A stretch of DNA of 64,000 nt from an uncultured delta proteobacterium (GCA_963803975.1 CAWDOY010000003.1:1-64000); one strand, 5' to 3'. Positions 1-11,168 are shown, counted from the stretch's first letter. Notes: generated from the sequence alone by a model not told the origin. Program-made: numbers and translations.

Positions 1-461
1 ATTTCCTTAATCAAATTAACCATCTCAATAGCTGAGATCGCAGCATCCCATCCTTTGTTGCCGGACTTGCTGCCTGCACGCTCGATCGCCTGTTCAATAT
101 TATCAGTTGTCAGGACACCAAAGGTGACGGGAATTTCCGTTTCAAGATTAACCTGAGCAATGCCTTTGGATACTTCGGCCGCCACATATTCAAAATGAGG
201 CGTTGCACCTCTGATAACCGCTCCCAGGCATATAACCGCATGGTACTTACCGGAGTTGGCAAGCTTCTTGGCGACCAGGGGAATTTCAAACGCTCCGGGA
301 ACTCTGATAATATCAATATTTTTATCTTCTGCACCATGGCGCAGAAGAGCATCCATTGTTCCCTCCAGCAGCTTGCCGACAATAAAATCGTTAAACCTGC
401 TGACAATGACTGCAAATTTGCAATCCTTTGCTACCAGTTTGCCTTCATATGTTTTGCCCAT
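1..461 (-). CDS. ribH: 6,7-dimethyl-8-ribityllumazine synthase (3' end runs off the window)
   Basis: Not in the ORF track. Hand translation from ATG at 461 gives [61 protein letters not shown], a typical RibH N-terminus; lies downstream of ribBA. Confidence 0.95.
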   Translation of the reverse strand, partial: MGKTYEGKLVAKDCKFAVIVSRFNDFIVGKLLEGTMDALLRHGAEDKNIDIIRVPGAFEIPLVAKKLANSGKYHAVICLGAVIRGATPHFEYVAAEVSKGIAQVNLETEIPVTFGVLTTDNIEQAIERAGSKSGNKGWDAAISAIEMVNLIKE

Positions 462-502
462 AAAATATCTCCTTTCATAAAAGGTTATCTGACTTCAGAG
501 TT

Positions 503-570
503 TTTAGCTATCAGCGGTCAGCTGTCAGCAAACGTGCTGCAGAAGCTGAAGGCTGAAAGCTGACTGCTTA
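503..570. repeat. Inverted heptamer-repeat hairpin (TCAGCnn arm / GCTGAnn arm)
   Basis: tagcta-tcagcgg-tcagctg-tcagc followed by gctgaag-gctgaaa-gctgact-gctta in the ribH/ribBA spacer. Confidence 0.7.
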
Positions 571-573
571 AGT

Positions 574-1809
574 CTAATCAAAATCAAGAATGTGCCCCAT
601 CTTTTTTTTCTTGGTCTGCAGGTATTTAATATTGTGCTTCTTCGGCTTGGACTGGATTGATATGCGCTCGGTGATTACAAGACCGTAGGCTTCAAGGCCG
701 ATTATCTTGCGCGGGTTATTCGTGAGAAGGCGCATTTTGCTGACACCAAGGTCACGCAGTATCTGAGCCCCAATGCCATAATCCCTGAGGTCTTCATCAA
801 AACCCAGCTCAATATTAGCCTCAACCGTATCCTTGCCCTGGTCCTGAAGCGCATAAGCACGCATTTTATTGAACAGGCCGATGCCGCGGCCTTCCTGCCT
901 CATATAAACGATAATGCCTTTTCCCTCAGCTTCGATCAGGGCCATGGCTTTATGGAGCTGCTCACCGCAGTCGCAGCGCAGAGAGCCCAAGGAATCGCCG
1001 GTGAGGCACTCGGAATGGACCCGCACCAGCACTTCCTCATCAGGCTCCCATTCGCCCTTTACCAGCGCTATATGGCTATTGCTGTCCACAATGTTTTCAT
1101 AAATGATGGCCCTGAAATCTCCGCCATACTCTGTCGGCAGAAACGTATCCACGGCACGCTTCACCAAAGATTCCATATTGAGGCGGTAGCGGATAATGTC
1201 CGCAACCGTTACAATCATGAGGTCGTGCTGTTTGGCAAACTTTTCCAGATCAGGCATGCGGGACATGCTGCCGTCTTCATTCATGATTTCGCATATTACG
1301 CCGGCAGGTTTCAGCCCGGCAAGGCGGGCAAGATCAACAGAGCCTTCGGTCTGACCGGTTCTGCGCAGCACGCCGCCATCTTTTGCCTGCAGCGGGAAGA
1401 TATGCCCGGGCCGTGCCAGATCATCCGGTTTGGCGTCATCGGCAATGGCGGCAAGGACGGTCACTGCCCGGTCTGAAGCGGAAATGCCGGTCGAGGTCCC
1501 TTTTTTTGCATCAATCGAAACGGTAAAGGCGGTTTGAAACGCAGAGGTGTTCGTGCTGGTATGGACCATAAGCGGCAGGTCCAGCTGCTGAACTTTTTCT
1601 CCGGTGAGAGAAAGGCAGATAAGCCCGCGACCGTACTTTGCCATGAAATTAACCGCTTCGGGGGTCACTTTTTCCGCTGCCATGGCAAGATCGCCTTCGT
1701 TCTCCCGGTCTTCATCATCGCAGAGAATCACCATCTTACCTTTTTTGATTTCTTCGATAGCCTTTTTGACTTTGGCAATCGGGGGGGTAATGTCAGTCCT
1801 TGTTTCCAT
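574..1809 (-). CDS. ribBA: Bifunctional DHBP synthase / GTP cyclohydrolase II
   Basis: [36 protein letters not shown] and QEGRGIGL motifs. Confidence 0.97.
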   Translation of the reverse strand: METRTDITPPIAKVKKAIEEIKKGKMVILCDDEDRENEGDLAMAAEKVTPEAVNFMAKYGRGLICLSLTGEKVQQLDLPLMVHTSTNTSAFQTAFTVSIDAKKGTSTGISASDRAVTVLAAIADDAKPDDLARPGHIFPLQAKDGGVLRRTGQTEGSVDLARLAGLKPAGVICEIMNEDGSMSRMPDLEKFAKQHDLMIVTVADIIRYRLNMESLVKRAVDTFLPTEYGGDFRAIIYENIVDSNSHIALVKGEWEPDEEVLVRVHSECLTGDSLGSLRCDCGEQLHKAMALIEAEGKGIIVYMRQEGRGIGLFNKMRAYALQDQGKDTVEANIELGFDEDLRDYGIGAQILRDLGVSKMRLLTNNPRKIIGLEAYGLVITERISIQSKPKKHNIKYLQTKKKKMGHILDFD

Positions 1810-1836
1810 GATGTTCCTATCGCCTGGTTACGAATG

Positions 1837-2481
1837 TTACGTAAAGTTATATTTATTCAGCAGATCCTCGGTGACAGTGCCATCCGCGGCACCCCGTTTC
1901 ACGAGAAATTTTTCTATGTATTTACCCATGATATCAGTTTCAATATTTACCTGGTCGCCGGCTTTTTTACGGTTAAGGGTGGTATAAGATGAGGTAAAGG
2001 GGATAACCATTACCGAAAAGCCGTGAGCAGTGCATTGATTAACCGTCAGGCTGATGCCATCGATTGCCACGGAACCTTTTTCAACCAAATAGCGCATTAT
2101 CTGCTGCGGTGCGGAGAACGAAATCTCTATGGCATTGGCATTCGGGGTCAGTGCTTTAATACCGGCAATGCCGTCGATGTGACCGGTTACCAGGTGCCCG
2201 CCCAGCCTGTCCGAGAGCCGCAGCGCCCGCTCCAGGTTGACACTGTCGCGCTCCCGCCTGGCGCCGAGGGTGGTGCGCTGCAGGGTCTCAGGGGAGAGGT
2301 CAACGGTGAAAAGGCTGCCAGTAATCTCGGTCACTGTAAGACACGCGCCGTCAACAGCAATGCTGTCGCCCAGGGAAATCTCTTGTGACGGAAACCTGCT
2401 TTCGATGGTCATCCGGGCAGCCGTCCCCTGGCGCATAATCTTTTTTATCGTTCCCTGATCCTCAATAATGCCGGTAAACAT
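1837..2481 (-). CDS. ribE: Riboflavin synthase alpha chain
   Basis: MFTGII N-terminus, [32 protein letters not shown]. Confidence 0.96.
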   Translation of the reverse strand: MFTGIIEDQGTIKKIMRQGTAARMTIESRFPSQEISLGDSIAVDGACLTVTEITGSLFTVDLSPETLQRTTLGARRERDSVNLERALRLSDRLGGHLVTGHIDGIAGIKALTPNANAIEISFSAPQQIMRYLVEKGSVAIDGISLTVNQCTAHGFSVMVIPFTSSYTTLNRKKAGDQVNIETDIMGKYIEKFLVKRGAADGTVTEDLLNKYNFT

Positions 2482-2485
2482 GTAA

Positions 2486-2541
2486 AAACCCTAAACCCTA
2501 AACCCTAAACCCTAAACCCTAAACCCTAAACCCTAAACCCT
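2486..2541 (-). repeat. Eight perfect copies of AAACCCT (TTTAGGG on the rib sense strand)
   Basis: Counted directly: 8 x 7 bp from 2486 to 2541, ending 4 nt before the ribE ATG. A degenerate inverted arm (ttaggat-taagagc-taagaat-ttagtat) follows at 2552-2579. Confidence 0.97.
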
Positions 2542-2579
2542 AACTTTTTAATTAGGATTAAGAGCTAAGAATTTAGTAT

Positions 2580-3705
2580 TTATTTAGATATGTACCCTTC
2601 AACCAGTATATCATCTCCCACTTTCCGGTAGCGCAGGTCTCTGACCTTTACTGCATGGGAGATATTGCTAATGCCTGTGCCGCCGACCATAGAGGGAGCC
2701 TTTTTCCCGCCGATAATCACCGGGGCATAGAAAAAAAAGACTTTATCCACAATGCCATCCTGCAGGGCGGCGGCGCTCAGTTCAGAGCCACCTTCAATCA
2801 GCACTGTTGCAATGCCCCGCTGCCCCAGCTTTTTCATGAGCTGCTTTAAATCTACCCGGCCATTGCGGGCAGCTATGGGCAGTAGCTCTGCACCGCTCTG
2901 TTTGACCGCGGCTGTCCGGCCTGGTGCGCTGTTACCAATTGTGGCAATGATGGTTGGTACAGCGCGGGCTGTTTTCAGCAGCTTGCTGGCCGGCGGCGTT
3001 CGCAGTCTGCTGTCCACAATAACCCGCACCGGGTTTTTCCTGGCTCCCGCGATGCAGCCGCGTCGTGAGCAGAGGGTCATCTCCAAGCACGGTGCCGATT
3101 CCCACCATCACCGCATCTGCTTCAGAGCGCAGGCGATGCACCAGCTTTCGCGATGCCGCGCCGGTAATCCACTTTGAATCGCCGCTGGCTGTTGCAATTT
3201 TACCGTCAAGGCTGGCAGCAAGCTTCAGATAAACAAAGGGAATATGTTTAGTAATATATTTTGTAAATGCTTCGTTAAGCTGCTGGCACTCGCGCTCAAG
3301 GATGCCGACCTCAACCGCAATGCCGGCGGCGCGCAGCTTTTTAATCCCGCTGCCGCTCACCCGGGGATTGGGGTCCTGCATGCCGATGAATGCCCTGCGT
3401 ATGCCGGCTGCGATCAAGGCATCGACGCACGGGGGGGTTTTCCCAACATGGCAGCACGGCTCAAGGTTGATGTACAGATCTGATCCCCGTGCCTCGCCCC
3501 GGGCGCTTTTCAGTGCGTATCGTTCAGCATGGGGGCCGCCGAAAAAATGGTGATAGCCGGCTCCAACGATTTTGTTTTCCCGCACCAGAACAGCGCCGAC
3601 CATAGGATTCGGGCTTACCATGCCAGCGCCTTTGCGGGCAAGGCGCAAGGCAGCCTTCATAAAGTCGGTCTTCTCAGCTGCTGTTGGCGCCATGCGGCCC
3701 TTCAC
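2580..3705 (-). CDS. ribD: Bifunctional pyrimidine deaminase/reductase RibD (one frameshift near 3030-3060)
   Basis: The 5' ORF has [24 protein letters not shown] and DDPLLT. The overlapping 3' frame continues [23 protein letters not shown]. Confidence 0.92.
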
Positions 3706-4160
3706 CGCTTGCTGCCCAGCAGCACTTTTACCTCAGACATAAATTCACCGATATCTTTGAACGAACGGTACACCGAGGCAAAGCGCACATAGGCAACATC
3801 GTCGAGCGCGTGCAGCTCCCGCATAACCCGCTCGCCAATTTCCGTACTTTTAATCTCCTTGACGCCGCGTTCCTGCAGCTCACGCTCGATCCGGTCAACC
3901 GCGGCCTCTATGAGATCTGTGCTGATCGGCCGTTTGCGGCATGCCACCTTCAAGCCCCGCAATATTTTGTCCCGGTCAAACGGCTCTCTGCGGCCGTCCT
4001 TCTTGATGATCGACGGAAGGGTCTCTTCAATCTTTTCGTGGGTGGTGAAGCGCTTTTTGCAGGAGATACATTCACGCCTTCTGCGAATCGAAGCGCCATC
4101 CTTACTGATGCGCGAGTCAATAACCTTATCTTCCTGTTCGTCACAAAACGGACATTTCAT
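3702..4160 (-). CDS. nrdR: Transcriptional repressor NrdR
   Basis: [28 protein letters not shown] cone, [10 protein letters not shown]. Start moved to the ATG at 4160. Confidence 0.96.
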   Translation of the reverse strand: MKCPFCDEQEDKVIDSRISKDGASIRRRRECISCKKRFTTHEKIEETLPSIIKKDGRREPFDRDKILRGLKVACRKRPISTDLIEAAVDRIERELQERGVKEIKSTEIGERVMRELHALDDVAYVRFASVYRSFKDIGEFMSEVKVLLGSKR

Positions 4161-4268
4161 GGGTACCCCCGAAAAGGTTAATAGGTGCACAGGTTAAGAG
4201 GATAAAGGACAGACATCTGTGCCCTTTTGCCGCTTCGCCATTTACTGTAACGTAGCCATTGTACCGGC

Positions 4269-4724
4269 TTATTTAACTTTTGTCAATGTAAGGTCAGTTT
4301 CGTTTAACAGGCTTTCTGTGAGCTCGTCAGGATAGCCCTGCTCGTAAATAATAGCTGTTATGCCCGCATTGATGAGCATTTTAAGGCAGATGCTGCAGGG
4401 AAGGGTGGTACAGTAAAGCGTGGCGCCGCTGATGCTGATGCCATGAAAGGCAGCCTGAATGATGGTGTTTTGCTCGGCATGAAGCCCGCGGCAGAGCTCA
4501 TGCCGCTGTCCGGACGGTATGTTGTTCTGCTCCCTGATGCAGCCGGTATCCTCACAGTGCGCAAGGCCGGTCGGCACCCCGTTGTAGCCGGTAGCCAGTA
4601 TCCGCTTGTCCTTTACCACTATGGCACCGACCTGCCGTCTGATGCAGGTAGATCTGCGTGCCACCAGGCGGGTAATGTCCATGAAATATTCGGTCCAGTC
4701 AGGGCGTTTGTGTTTTTCAGGCAT
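4269..4724 (-). CDS. Deoxycytidylate deaminase (ComEB-like Zn deaminase)
   Basis: [28 protein letters not shown] and PCSIC motifs. Confidence 0.9.
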   Translation of the reverse strand: MPEKHKRPDWTEYFMDITRLVARRSTCIRRQVGAIVVKDKRILATGYNGVPTGLAHCEDTGCIREQNNIPSGQRHELCRGLHAEQNTIIQAAFHGISISGATLYCTTLPCSICLKMLINAGITAIIYEQGYPDELTESLLNETDLTLTKVK

Positions 4725-4776
4725 GATACGTCAGGATAGCGTTATAAAAGGGGAGGGCGGATGAACTCATGAGAGG

Positions 4777-5250
4777 CTACGGTGAACTTTTAAAATTCTC
4801 CCGTTCTATCTCCATAATCTGTGCCAGCCGGCGCTGGTGCCGCTCGCCGTTGTCAAAAGCAGTTTCACACCAGACCGTAAGCATTTGCCGGGCGGTTGCA
4901 GGGTCAACATCCTCACCCAGGGCCAGCACATTAGCGTCATTATGCTGACGGCTCCGGCGCGCATCTTCAACGCTGCGGCACAGGGCAGCGCGCACCCCGG
5001 GGAACTTGTTGGCAACCATGGCCATGCCGATTCCCGACCCGCAGATGAGTATTCCCCGCTCACAGCGCTTTTCAGAAACGCTTCGGGCAACGGCCTTTGC
5101 AAACAGCGGATAATCGGAAGATTCTGCAGAATAAGCTCCCACATCCTCTACGGTTATTCCCTGTTCGGCAAGGGTTGTCTTAAGCAGGTTCTTCAAAGGC
5201 AGTCCGCGGTGGTCTGAGCCGATTGCCAGTGTTCCAGGGACCGCGGTCAT
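4777..5250 (-). CDS. rpiB: Ribose-5-phosphate isomerase B
   Basis: [40 protein letters not shown]. Confidence 0.94.
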   Translation of the reverse strand: MTAVPGTLAIGSDHRGLPLKNLLKTTLAEQGITVEDVGAYSAESSDYPLFAKAVARSVSEKRCERGILICGSGIGMAMVANKFPGVRAALCRSVEDARRSRQHNDANVLALGEDVDPATARQMLTVWCETAFDNGERHQRRLAQIMEIERENFKSSP

Positions 5251-6488
5251 CCCTCAAACCTTTTGAAAATAAGGGTTGCATTGGTACCGCCAAAGCCGAA
5301 GGAGTTACTCATGACGATGCGCACCTCTTTTTTTCTGGCCACATTGGGGACATAGTCGAGGTCGCACTCAGGGTCAGGCTCCTCATAATTTATGGTTGGC
5401 GGGATAATACTGTCACGGATGGCAAGCAGGCTGAAAATTGCCTCAACCCCTCCTGCCGCGCCGAGAAGATGTCCGGTCATGGACTTAGTTGAACTTACCG
5501 GCAATTTTTTTATATGGTCCCTGAATACCGTTTTCATGGCTATGGTTTCAGAGAGGTCATTCATCGGCGTGGAGGTGCCGTGGGCATTGATATAATCAAT
5601 GTCTTCAGGCTTGAGGCCGGCATCAGCAAGAGTTATCTGCATGCACTTCGCAGCCCCTTCTCCATTCGGCGACGGGGCGGTAATGTGGTAGGCATCTGCA
5701 TTACAGCCGAAGCCGATAATTTCGGCAAAGATGGCGGCATTGCGCTGCTGCGCCTTCTCCAGGTCTTCCAGCACCAGGATGCCCGCGCCTTCCGCCATCA
5801 CAAACCCGTCACGGTTCTTCTCAAAGGGTCGGCTTGCTTTCTGCGGTTCATCATTGCGCGTGGACAGTGCCTTCAGGGCACAGAAACCGGCAACCGCCAG
5901 AGGCGTGATGGTGGACTCAACGCCGCCTGCTATCATGGCATCTGCGTCCCCGCGCTGGATGATGCGGAATGCCTCGCCAATAGAGTGATTGCCCGTAGCG
6001 CAGGCGGTGACCACGCTGCTGTTGGGCCCGCGGCATCCAAAGTAGATCGAGATCTGGCCGGGCGCAAGGTTTACTATCAGCATGGGGACAAAGAATGGTG
6101 ATACTTTTTTCGGGCCGTTCTCCAGGAGCATCGTGTGATACTTTTCGATTGTCTGAAGGCCCCCAAGCCCGGAACCAACCAGCACGCCGACCCGGTCTGC
6201 AGTGCTTTCGTCAATCACCAGCCCGGACTGTTTAATAGCCATGGTGCCGGCAGCCAGGGCAAACTGGATAAAAATATCCATTTTTTTCAGGTCTTTTTTA
6301 TCAATATAGGCACTGGGGTCAAAGTTTTTAACCTCTCCGGCAATTTTGCAGGGATATTCCGTGGTATCAAATTTGGTGATAGGCCCAATCCCTGACCTGC
6401 CCTGGCAAATCGCAGCCCAGTTATCTTCAAGCCCTATCCCCAGCGGGGATACTATGCCCATGCCCGTGACAACAACTCGTCTTTTCAA
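5247..6488 (-). CDS. fabF: 3-oxoacyl-ACP synthase II
   Basis: [44 protein letters not shown]. Confidence 0.96.
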   Translation of the reverse strand: MKRRVVVTGMGIVSPLGIGLEDNWAAICQGRSGIGPITKFDTTEYPCKIAGEVKNFDPSAYIDKKDLKKMDIFIQFALAAGTMAIKQSGLVIDESTADRVGVLVGSGLGGLQTIEKYHTMLLENGPKKVSPFFVPMLIVNLAPGQISIYFGCRGPNSSVVTACATGNHSIGEAFRIIQRGDADAMIAGGVESTITPLAVAGFCALKALSTRNDEPQKASRPFEKNRDGFVMAEGAGILVLEDLEKAQQRNAAIFAEIIGFGCNADAYHITAPSPNGEGAAKCMQITLADAGLKPEDIDYINAHGTSTPMNDLSETIAMKTVFRDHIKKLPVSSTKSMTGHLLGAAGGVEAIFSLLAIRDSIIPPTINYEEPDPECDLDYVPNVARKKEVRIVMSNSFGFGGTNATLIFKRFEG

Positions 6489-6576
6489 TGCTGTAGTGCC
6501 CCCTTCAAAAGTATTGACATACAGGTGCTCATGAAACTAAAAGCCGGCTATGCCTATGATGTAAGGCGCGCAGCAG

Positions 6577-6825
6577 CTACTTTTTCATGTGCGTCTTGAT
6601 ATAATCGATAGCATCCTTTACGGTCTGGATCTTTTCTGCGGCATCATCAGGAATCTCCTGGCCGAACTTCTCTTCAAACACCATGATAAGTTCAACCAGA
6701 TCCAGGGAATCAGCACCCAGGTCATCCACAAAAGAAGCCTCAGGAACCACTTCTTCTTCGCTCACTGAAAGCTGTTCGACAATTATTTCTTTTACCAATT
6801 GGTCAATGGATTTTTCGTCAGCCAT
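6577..6825 (-). CDS. acpP: Acyl carrier protein
   Basis: [12 protein letters not shown] phosphopantetheine motif; AGGAGG upstream of the ATG at 6825. Confidence 0.96.
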   Translation of the reverse strand: MADEKSIDQLVKEIIVEQLSVSEEEVVPEASFVDDLGADSLDLVELIMVFEEKFGQEIPDDAAEKIQTVKDAIDYIKTHMKK

Positions 6826-6918
6826 GTTGTACAACCTCCTTGTAATGTGTACCTATTGTTAATTATGTTTATGTGCTTATTTATACCCCAACCAATACCC
6901 CCGTAAAGGCCGTTACAT

Positions 6919-7659
6919 TTATGTATAGAGCCCGCCGTTAATATGTATGACCTGGCCGGTAATATAGCCGGCATAGTCACTTGCCAGGAAACAGACCAGC
7001 GCGGCGACATCTTCGGGAGTGCCCAGGCGCTTTGAAGGTATCTGGGCGATGAGCAGGTCCCGGTCTTTTTCCGGTATCGCGTCGGTCATTGCCGTCGCAA
7101 TAAAACCGGGGGCGACCGCATTGACGGTGATGCCGCGATCCGCATATTCACGGGCAACAGCCTTGGTAAAACCCATCACTCCTGCTTTGGAGGCTGAATA
7201 ATTTGCCTGTCCGGGATTGCCCATGGCACCGGTCACGGATGCGATATTTATGATACGGCCGCTTTTCTGCCGGAACATATAGCGCAGCGCTGATTTTGAA
7301 CAGTTGAAGGTGCCCTTGAGGTTGACCGTCATGACATCATCCCACTGCTGCTCAGTCATCCGCAGAAGTACCATGTCCCGGGTAATGCCGGCATTATTAA
7401 CCAGGATATCGATTCTGCCGAACCGGTCCACAGCTGCTTTCATCAGCTCTTCACATTCCTTGAGAACGGCAACATTCACCGCGCGTGACAGCCCGGTGCA
7501 GCGCAATGCTTCAACCTCAGCAATAACATTGTCGGCCAGGTCCTGCCTGATGTCAGACACCACCACGTGAGCTCCGCGCTCTGCGAGGAACAGGGCAATG
7601 GTCCGCCCGATTCCCTGGCCTGCCCCGGTAACTACCGCAATTTTACCCTCAACGTTCAC
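6919..7659 (-). CDS. fabG: 3-oxoacyl-ACP reductase
   Basis: TGAGQGIG, NNAGITRD, GNPGQANYSASK; directly upstream of acpP. Confidence 0.93.
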   Translation of the reverse strand: MNVEGKIAVVTGAGQGIGRTIALFLAERGAHVVVSDIRQDLADNVIAEVEALRCTGLSRAVNVAVLKECEELMKAAVDRFGRIDILVNNAGITRDMVLLRMTEQQWDDVMTVNLKGTFNCSKSALRYMFRQKSGRIINIASVTGAMGNPGQANYSASKAGVMGFTKAVAREYADRGITVNAVAPGFIATAMTDAIPEKDRDLLIAQIPSKRLGTPEDVAALVCFLASDYAGYITGQVIHINGGLYT

Positions 7660-7784
7660 TGCTGTTGCTCCCTCACCTACTATATATATATTATTTTAGA
7701 GATTTTTGCCAGTTCTTTAACCGGTTCTGATTTCTCTCTGCTTTAAGTAGCAGCTATAGGTGTCCTGGTTTACTGCCCGTCTTG

Positions 7785-8948
7785 TTATTCGATTTTACCG
7801 GCAGCGCCCTCTTTAATCAGGAACTGGCCGATGACATTTCTCTGTATCTGGTTGGTGCCTTCGTAAATCTGCAGGATTTTAGCATCGCGCATCATTTTTT
7901 CAACCGGGTAGTCGCGCATGTAGCCATAGCCGCCGAATATCTGTACCACATCAGTGGTTACGCGCATGCACACGTCTGAAGATAACAGCTTTGCCATGGA
8001 CGCGTACTTGGCAATGTCTTTTGCGCCAGTATCAGCGTACCGGGCAGCTGCATAGGTGAGGGCGCGTGACGCCTCGATCTGGGTTGCCATATCAGCAAGC
8101 ATGTGCTGTACTGCCTGGTGGCTGATAATGGGTTTGCCAAAGGTTTTGCGTTCCCGGGCGTAGGTAATAGCTTCGTTCAGAGCGCCCTGGGCCAAACCTA
8201 TTGCCTGCGCGGCAATGCCGGTCCTGGTCTGGTCAAAGGTTTTCATGGCAACGATAAAGCCCATACCCTCTTTAGCAAGAAGATTCTCCTTTGGTATTCT
8301 GCACTCGTCAAAAATGAGCTCACGGGTGGCAGATGCCCTGATACCGAGCTTCTTCTCTTTGTTGCCGAACTCAAAACCCGGGGTGCCTTTTTCAACAATA
8401 AAAGCGCTGGCTCCCCGTGAGCCTTTTTCCTTATCTGTTTTTGCAATGACAGAATAAATTTCCGCTTCACCGCCGTTGGTAATCCACTGCTTGGTGCCAT
8501 TCAGTATGTACGAGTCACCGTCACGCCGTGCCGTGGTGCGGATGGCGCCGGCATCGCTTCCGGCTGCGGACTCGGTTATGCCAAAGGCAGCAAGACGCTT
8601 GCCCGAGGCAATCTGCGGCAGATAGGTGTTTTTCTGTTTTTCGTTGCCAAACAGAAGTATCGGGTAGCAGCCGAGGCCGCTGGCTGCAAATGAAACCGAG
8701 ACGCCGATACAGACCTTGCTCAGCTCTTCAACTGCCAGGCAGTTGTCAAGGTTGCCGCCTCCGAGGCCGCCATACTGTTCCGGGATATAAATGCCAAACA
8801 GGCCGGCATCAGCAAGGACTTTGATTATTTCCCAGGGGAATTCTTCTTTTTCATCCAGTTCAGCCCGGGCGGGAAGAATCTTTTCCCTGGCGATTTCCCG
8901 GCAAAGATCAATGATATGGCGCTGCATTTCTGTAAAATCATAAAACAT
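7785..8948 (-). CDS. Acyl-CoA dehydrogenase (short-chain/butyryl-CoA type)
   Basis: AFGITESAAGSDA, LNGTKQWITNG, KKLGIRAS, QIFGGYGY, RDAKILQIYEGTNQIQR. Confidence 0.93.
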   Translation of the reverse strand: MFYDFTEMQRHIIDLCREIAREKILPARAELDEKEEFPWEIIKVLADAGLFGIYIPEQYGGLGGGNLDNCLAVEELSKVCIGVSVSFAASGLGCYPILLFGNEKQKNTYLPQIASGKRLAAFGITESAAGSDAGAIRTTARRDGDSYILNGTKQWITNGGEAEIYSVIAKTDKEKGSRGASAFIVEKGTPGFEFGNKEKKLGIRASATRELIFDECRIPKENLLAKEGMGFIVAMKTFDQTRTGIAAQAIGLAQGALNEAITYARERKTFGKPIISHQAVQHMLADMATQIEASRALTYAAARYADTGAKDIAKYASMAKLLSSDVCMRVTTDVVQIFGGYGYMRDYPVEKMMRDAKILQIYEGTNQIQRNVIGQFLIKEGAAGKIE

Positions 8949-8978
8949 AAAGTGTCCACCTTTCTACTATCGTATTGT

Positions 8979-9959
8979 TTACCAGCGCACCAGGGCAGAA
9001 CCCCAGGTGAAACCAGCGCCGAACGCATTCATGAGCAGGAGGTCATTTTTTTTAATGCGGTTTTGCCGGTTTGCCTCATCAAGGGCTATGGGCACTGATG
9101 CGGAGGATGTATTACCATATTTTTGAATATTTACAAAAACTTTTTCCTTCGGCAGTTCAAGCCTCTTGGCAATGGCCTGGATAATGCGCAGGTTGGCCTG
9201 ATGAGAAATGAGCAGGGCAATCTGATCGCCGGTGATTTTATTTTTCTCCAGTATTTTGACGACACAGTCTTCAAGCGCCTTTACCGCGGTTTTAAATACT
9301 TTGTTGCCGTCCATTTTAAGATAGTGATAGCGCTTTGCCAGGGTATCAAGGGAAGCAGGATGAGCTGACCCGCCGCCGGGCATATACAGGAGGTCGCTGC
9401 ATGAGCCGTCAGCGTAGAGCAGGGTGGAAAGAATGCCCTGCTGGCCCTGCTCCCTGGACAGCACTACCGCTCCCGCCCCGTCACCAAAAAGAATACAGGT
9501 GGTGCGGTCAGTATAGTCGGTAATTTTAGAGAGCGATTCTGCACCCACCACCAGCACCTTGCTGCAATTACCGGCGCGAATAAAACTGTCCGCAATTGAC
9601 AGGGCATAGAGAAAACCGGTGCAGCCGGCTGAAATATCAAAAGCAGCTGCCTGATAGGCTTTGAGCTTATGCTGCAGCAGGCAGGCAACCGATGGTGTGG
9701 GCATATCAGGGGTTACCGTACCCACAATGATCATGTCCAAATCGCCGGCAGTTATACCCGCCATCTCAAGGGCTTTAAGCGCCGCCTGATATGCAAAGGT
9801 GGACGTTGCCTCTCCGTCCCCGGCAACATGCCGTTCCTTAATCCCCGTTCTGGTCATAATCCATTCGTCGGATGTGTCGACGAGGCGCGCCAGGTCATTA
9901 TTGGACAATATCTTCCGGGGGGTATATGAGCCAGTGCCAATTATGCGAGCTCGTACCAT
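8979..9959 (-). CDS. fabH: 3-oxoacyl-ACP synthase III
   Basis: DTSDEWIMTRTGIKERH, AGCTGF, FGDGAGA, HQANLRI, YGNTSSAS. Confidence 0.95.
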   Translation of the reverse strand: MVRARIIGTGSYTPRKILSNNDLARLVDTSDEWIMTRTGIKERHVAGDGEATSTFAYQAALKALEMAGITAGDLDMIIVGTVTPDMPTPSVACLLQHKLKAYQAAAFDISAGCTGFLYALSIADSFIRAGNCSKVLVVGAESLSKITDYTDRTTCILFGDGAGAVVLSREQGQQGILSTLLYADGSCSDLLYMPGGGSAHPASLDTLAKRYHYLKMDGNKVFKTAVKALEDCVVKILEKNKITGDQIALLISHQANLRIIQAIAKRLELPKEKVFVNIQKYGNTSSASVPIALDEANRQNRIKKNDLLLMNAFGAGFTWGSALVRW

Positions 9960-10053
9960 GATAAATACTATTAAACCTCACCGTGTGGATATAGAGATAG
10001 ATTAAAGCACACTCATCGTACAGCAGGCTGAAATAAAAAGAGCTAACACGCAC

Positions 10054-10236
10054 CTACTCTTTTTTAACAGCGATTACCTCTCTATTATTATAGTAGCCGC
10101 AGTGAGGGCATGCATAATGAGGCCGCTTGGGTTCTTTACACTGAGGACAGAGACTTACGCTGGGCTGATCAAGCTTGTCATGCGTTCGTCTTTTTCTTCC
10201 TCGCGATTTAGAATGCTTTTTTGGTGGTAATGCCAT
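10054..10236 (-). CDS. rpmF: 50S ribosomal protein L32
   Basis: MALPPKKHSKSRGRKRRTH..CPQC..RPHYACPHCGYY. Confidence 0.95.
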   Translation of the reverse strand: MALPPKKHSKSRGRKRRTHDKLDQPSVSLCPQCKEPKRPHYACPHCGYYNNREVIAVKKE

Positions 10237-10271
10237 AGTTCTCTTTCCTGTCGCTTTCTCGATATACAGAT

Positions 10272-10817
10272 TTATTTTTTCAGCTGTTGAAGAACTTTAA
10301 AGGGGGAATCTGTTGTATTGGTTGCCCCGGAGCACCTGCAGTTCTTCTTATTGAGGTTTGTCCCGCAGGTGGGACAGAGGCCAAGACAGTCCTCTCTGCA
10401 ATGAGGGTTCGGCGGCACCGCAAGATAAATTTGCTCACGCACAAAAGGTTGTAATTCAATAACCCCCCCCTGATAATATCCCACCTCCATATCATCTTCT
10501 TGCAATTCTTTTTCCGCTTCAAACACGGCGGCTGATTGAGGGCAGAGAAAGTAGTGAAAATTAATATCTAACGGCTGGATAAACTCAGACAAACACCCCA
10601 CGCAGGTGGTCTCTATGGACGTCTTTATATTCCCCTCGATTATAACCTTTTCTGCCAGCAATGAGAAGGTTAAATTTAATAAAAGTGGCGAGCTGATTTT
10701 AAACCCGCTAACATCCTGCTGGATGATCTCAGCAGCAACGCGCGTATCCCACTCTGAACATATGTCTAACCCTTCTGCCGGGATCGACTCCAATTTGATG
10801 GTAAATATCTGTTTCAT
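10272..10817 (-). CDS. yceD: DUF177/YceD family metal-binding protein
   Basis: CVGCL and C-terminal CREDCLGLCPTCGTNLN..CRC; upstream of rpmF. Confidence 0.88.
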   Translation of the reverse strand: MKQIFTIKLESIPAEGLDICSEWDTRVAAEIIQQDVSGFKISSPLLLNLTFSLLAEKVIIEGNIKTSIETTCVGCLSEFIQPLDINFHYFLCPQSAAVFEAEKELQEDDMEVGYYQGGVIELQPFVREQIYLAVPPNPHCREDCLGLCPTCGTNLNKKNCRCSGATNTTDSPFKVLQQLKK

Positions 10818-11139
10818 AAATTTTAGAAATTGGAGCCTACCTTATTATAAATATTGCAATAGTTTGTCAATTAAAATTTTGGGATATAAAAGGCGCTTTC
10901 GGTTTTATCGTAACCCGTGATGCTGTCTATTATAACTACTATATATAGAATAAGGTGATGACATTTTCAACGATATTTTGTGTATGCACCTCTCCAGCAA
11001 TAAAGTTTCTGCCCCGGTTTCTTTTAAGCATCAGGCAGGAACCCCGCTGAGTTGCATGCTGTATAACAGGCTGCGATTTATGCCAGTGCATGCCGTAAGA
11101 AGGGCTTTAAAATATAATAAACACGCGGGGGAAAAATGG

Positions 11140-11168
11140 TTGACACTTGTTTTGAGATAGGTTAAGAA
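11140..11168 (+). promoter_or_regulatory. Putative sigma70 promoter for the M23 peptidase
   Basis: TTGACA-17 nt-TAAGAA about 50 nt upstream of the ORF. Confidence 0.4.

Noticed and set aside
2486..2541. Plant DNA contamination or a real telomere
   Set aside because: The tract is internal, sits between collinear ribD and ribE, and shares the 7-bp inverted architecture of other local repeats.
3706..4268. FMN riboswitch upstream of the rib genes
   Set aside because: ribD is coupled to nrdR, and the short spacer upstream of nrdR shows no RFN consensus.
7660..7784. Remnant of the fabD 3' end (EKSEPVKELAKI frame)
   Set aside because: Too short and unspecific to support.
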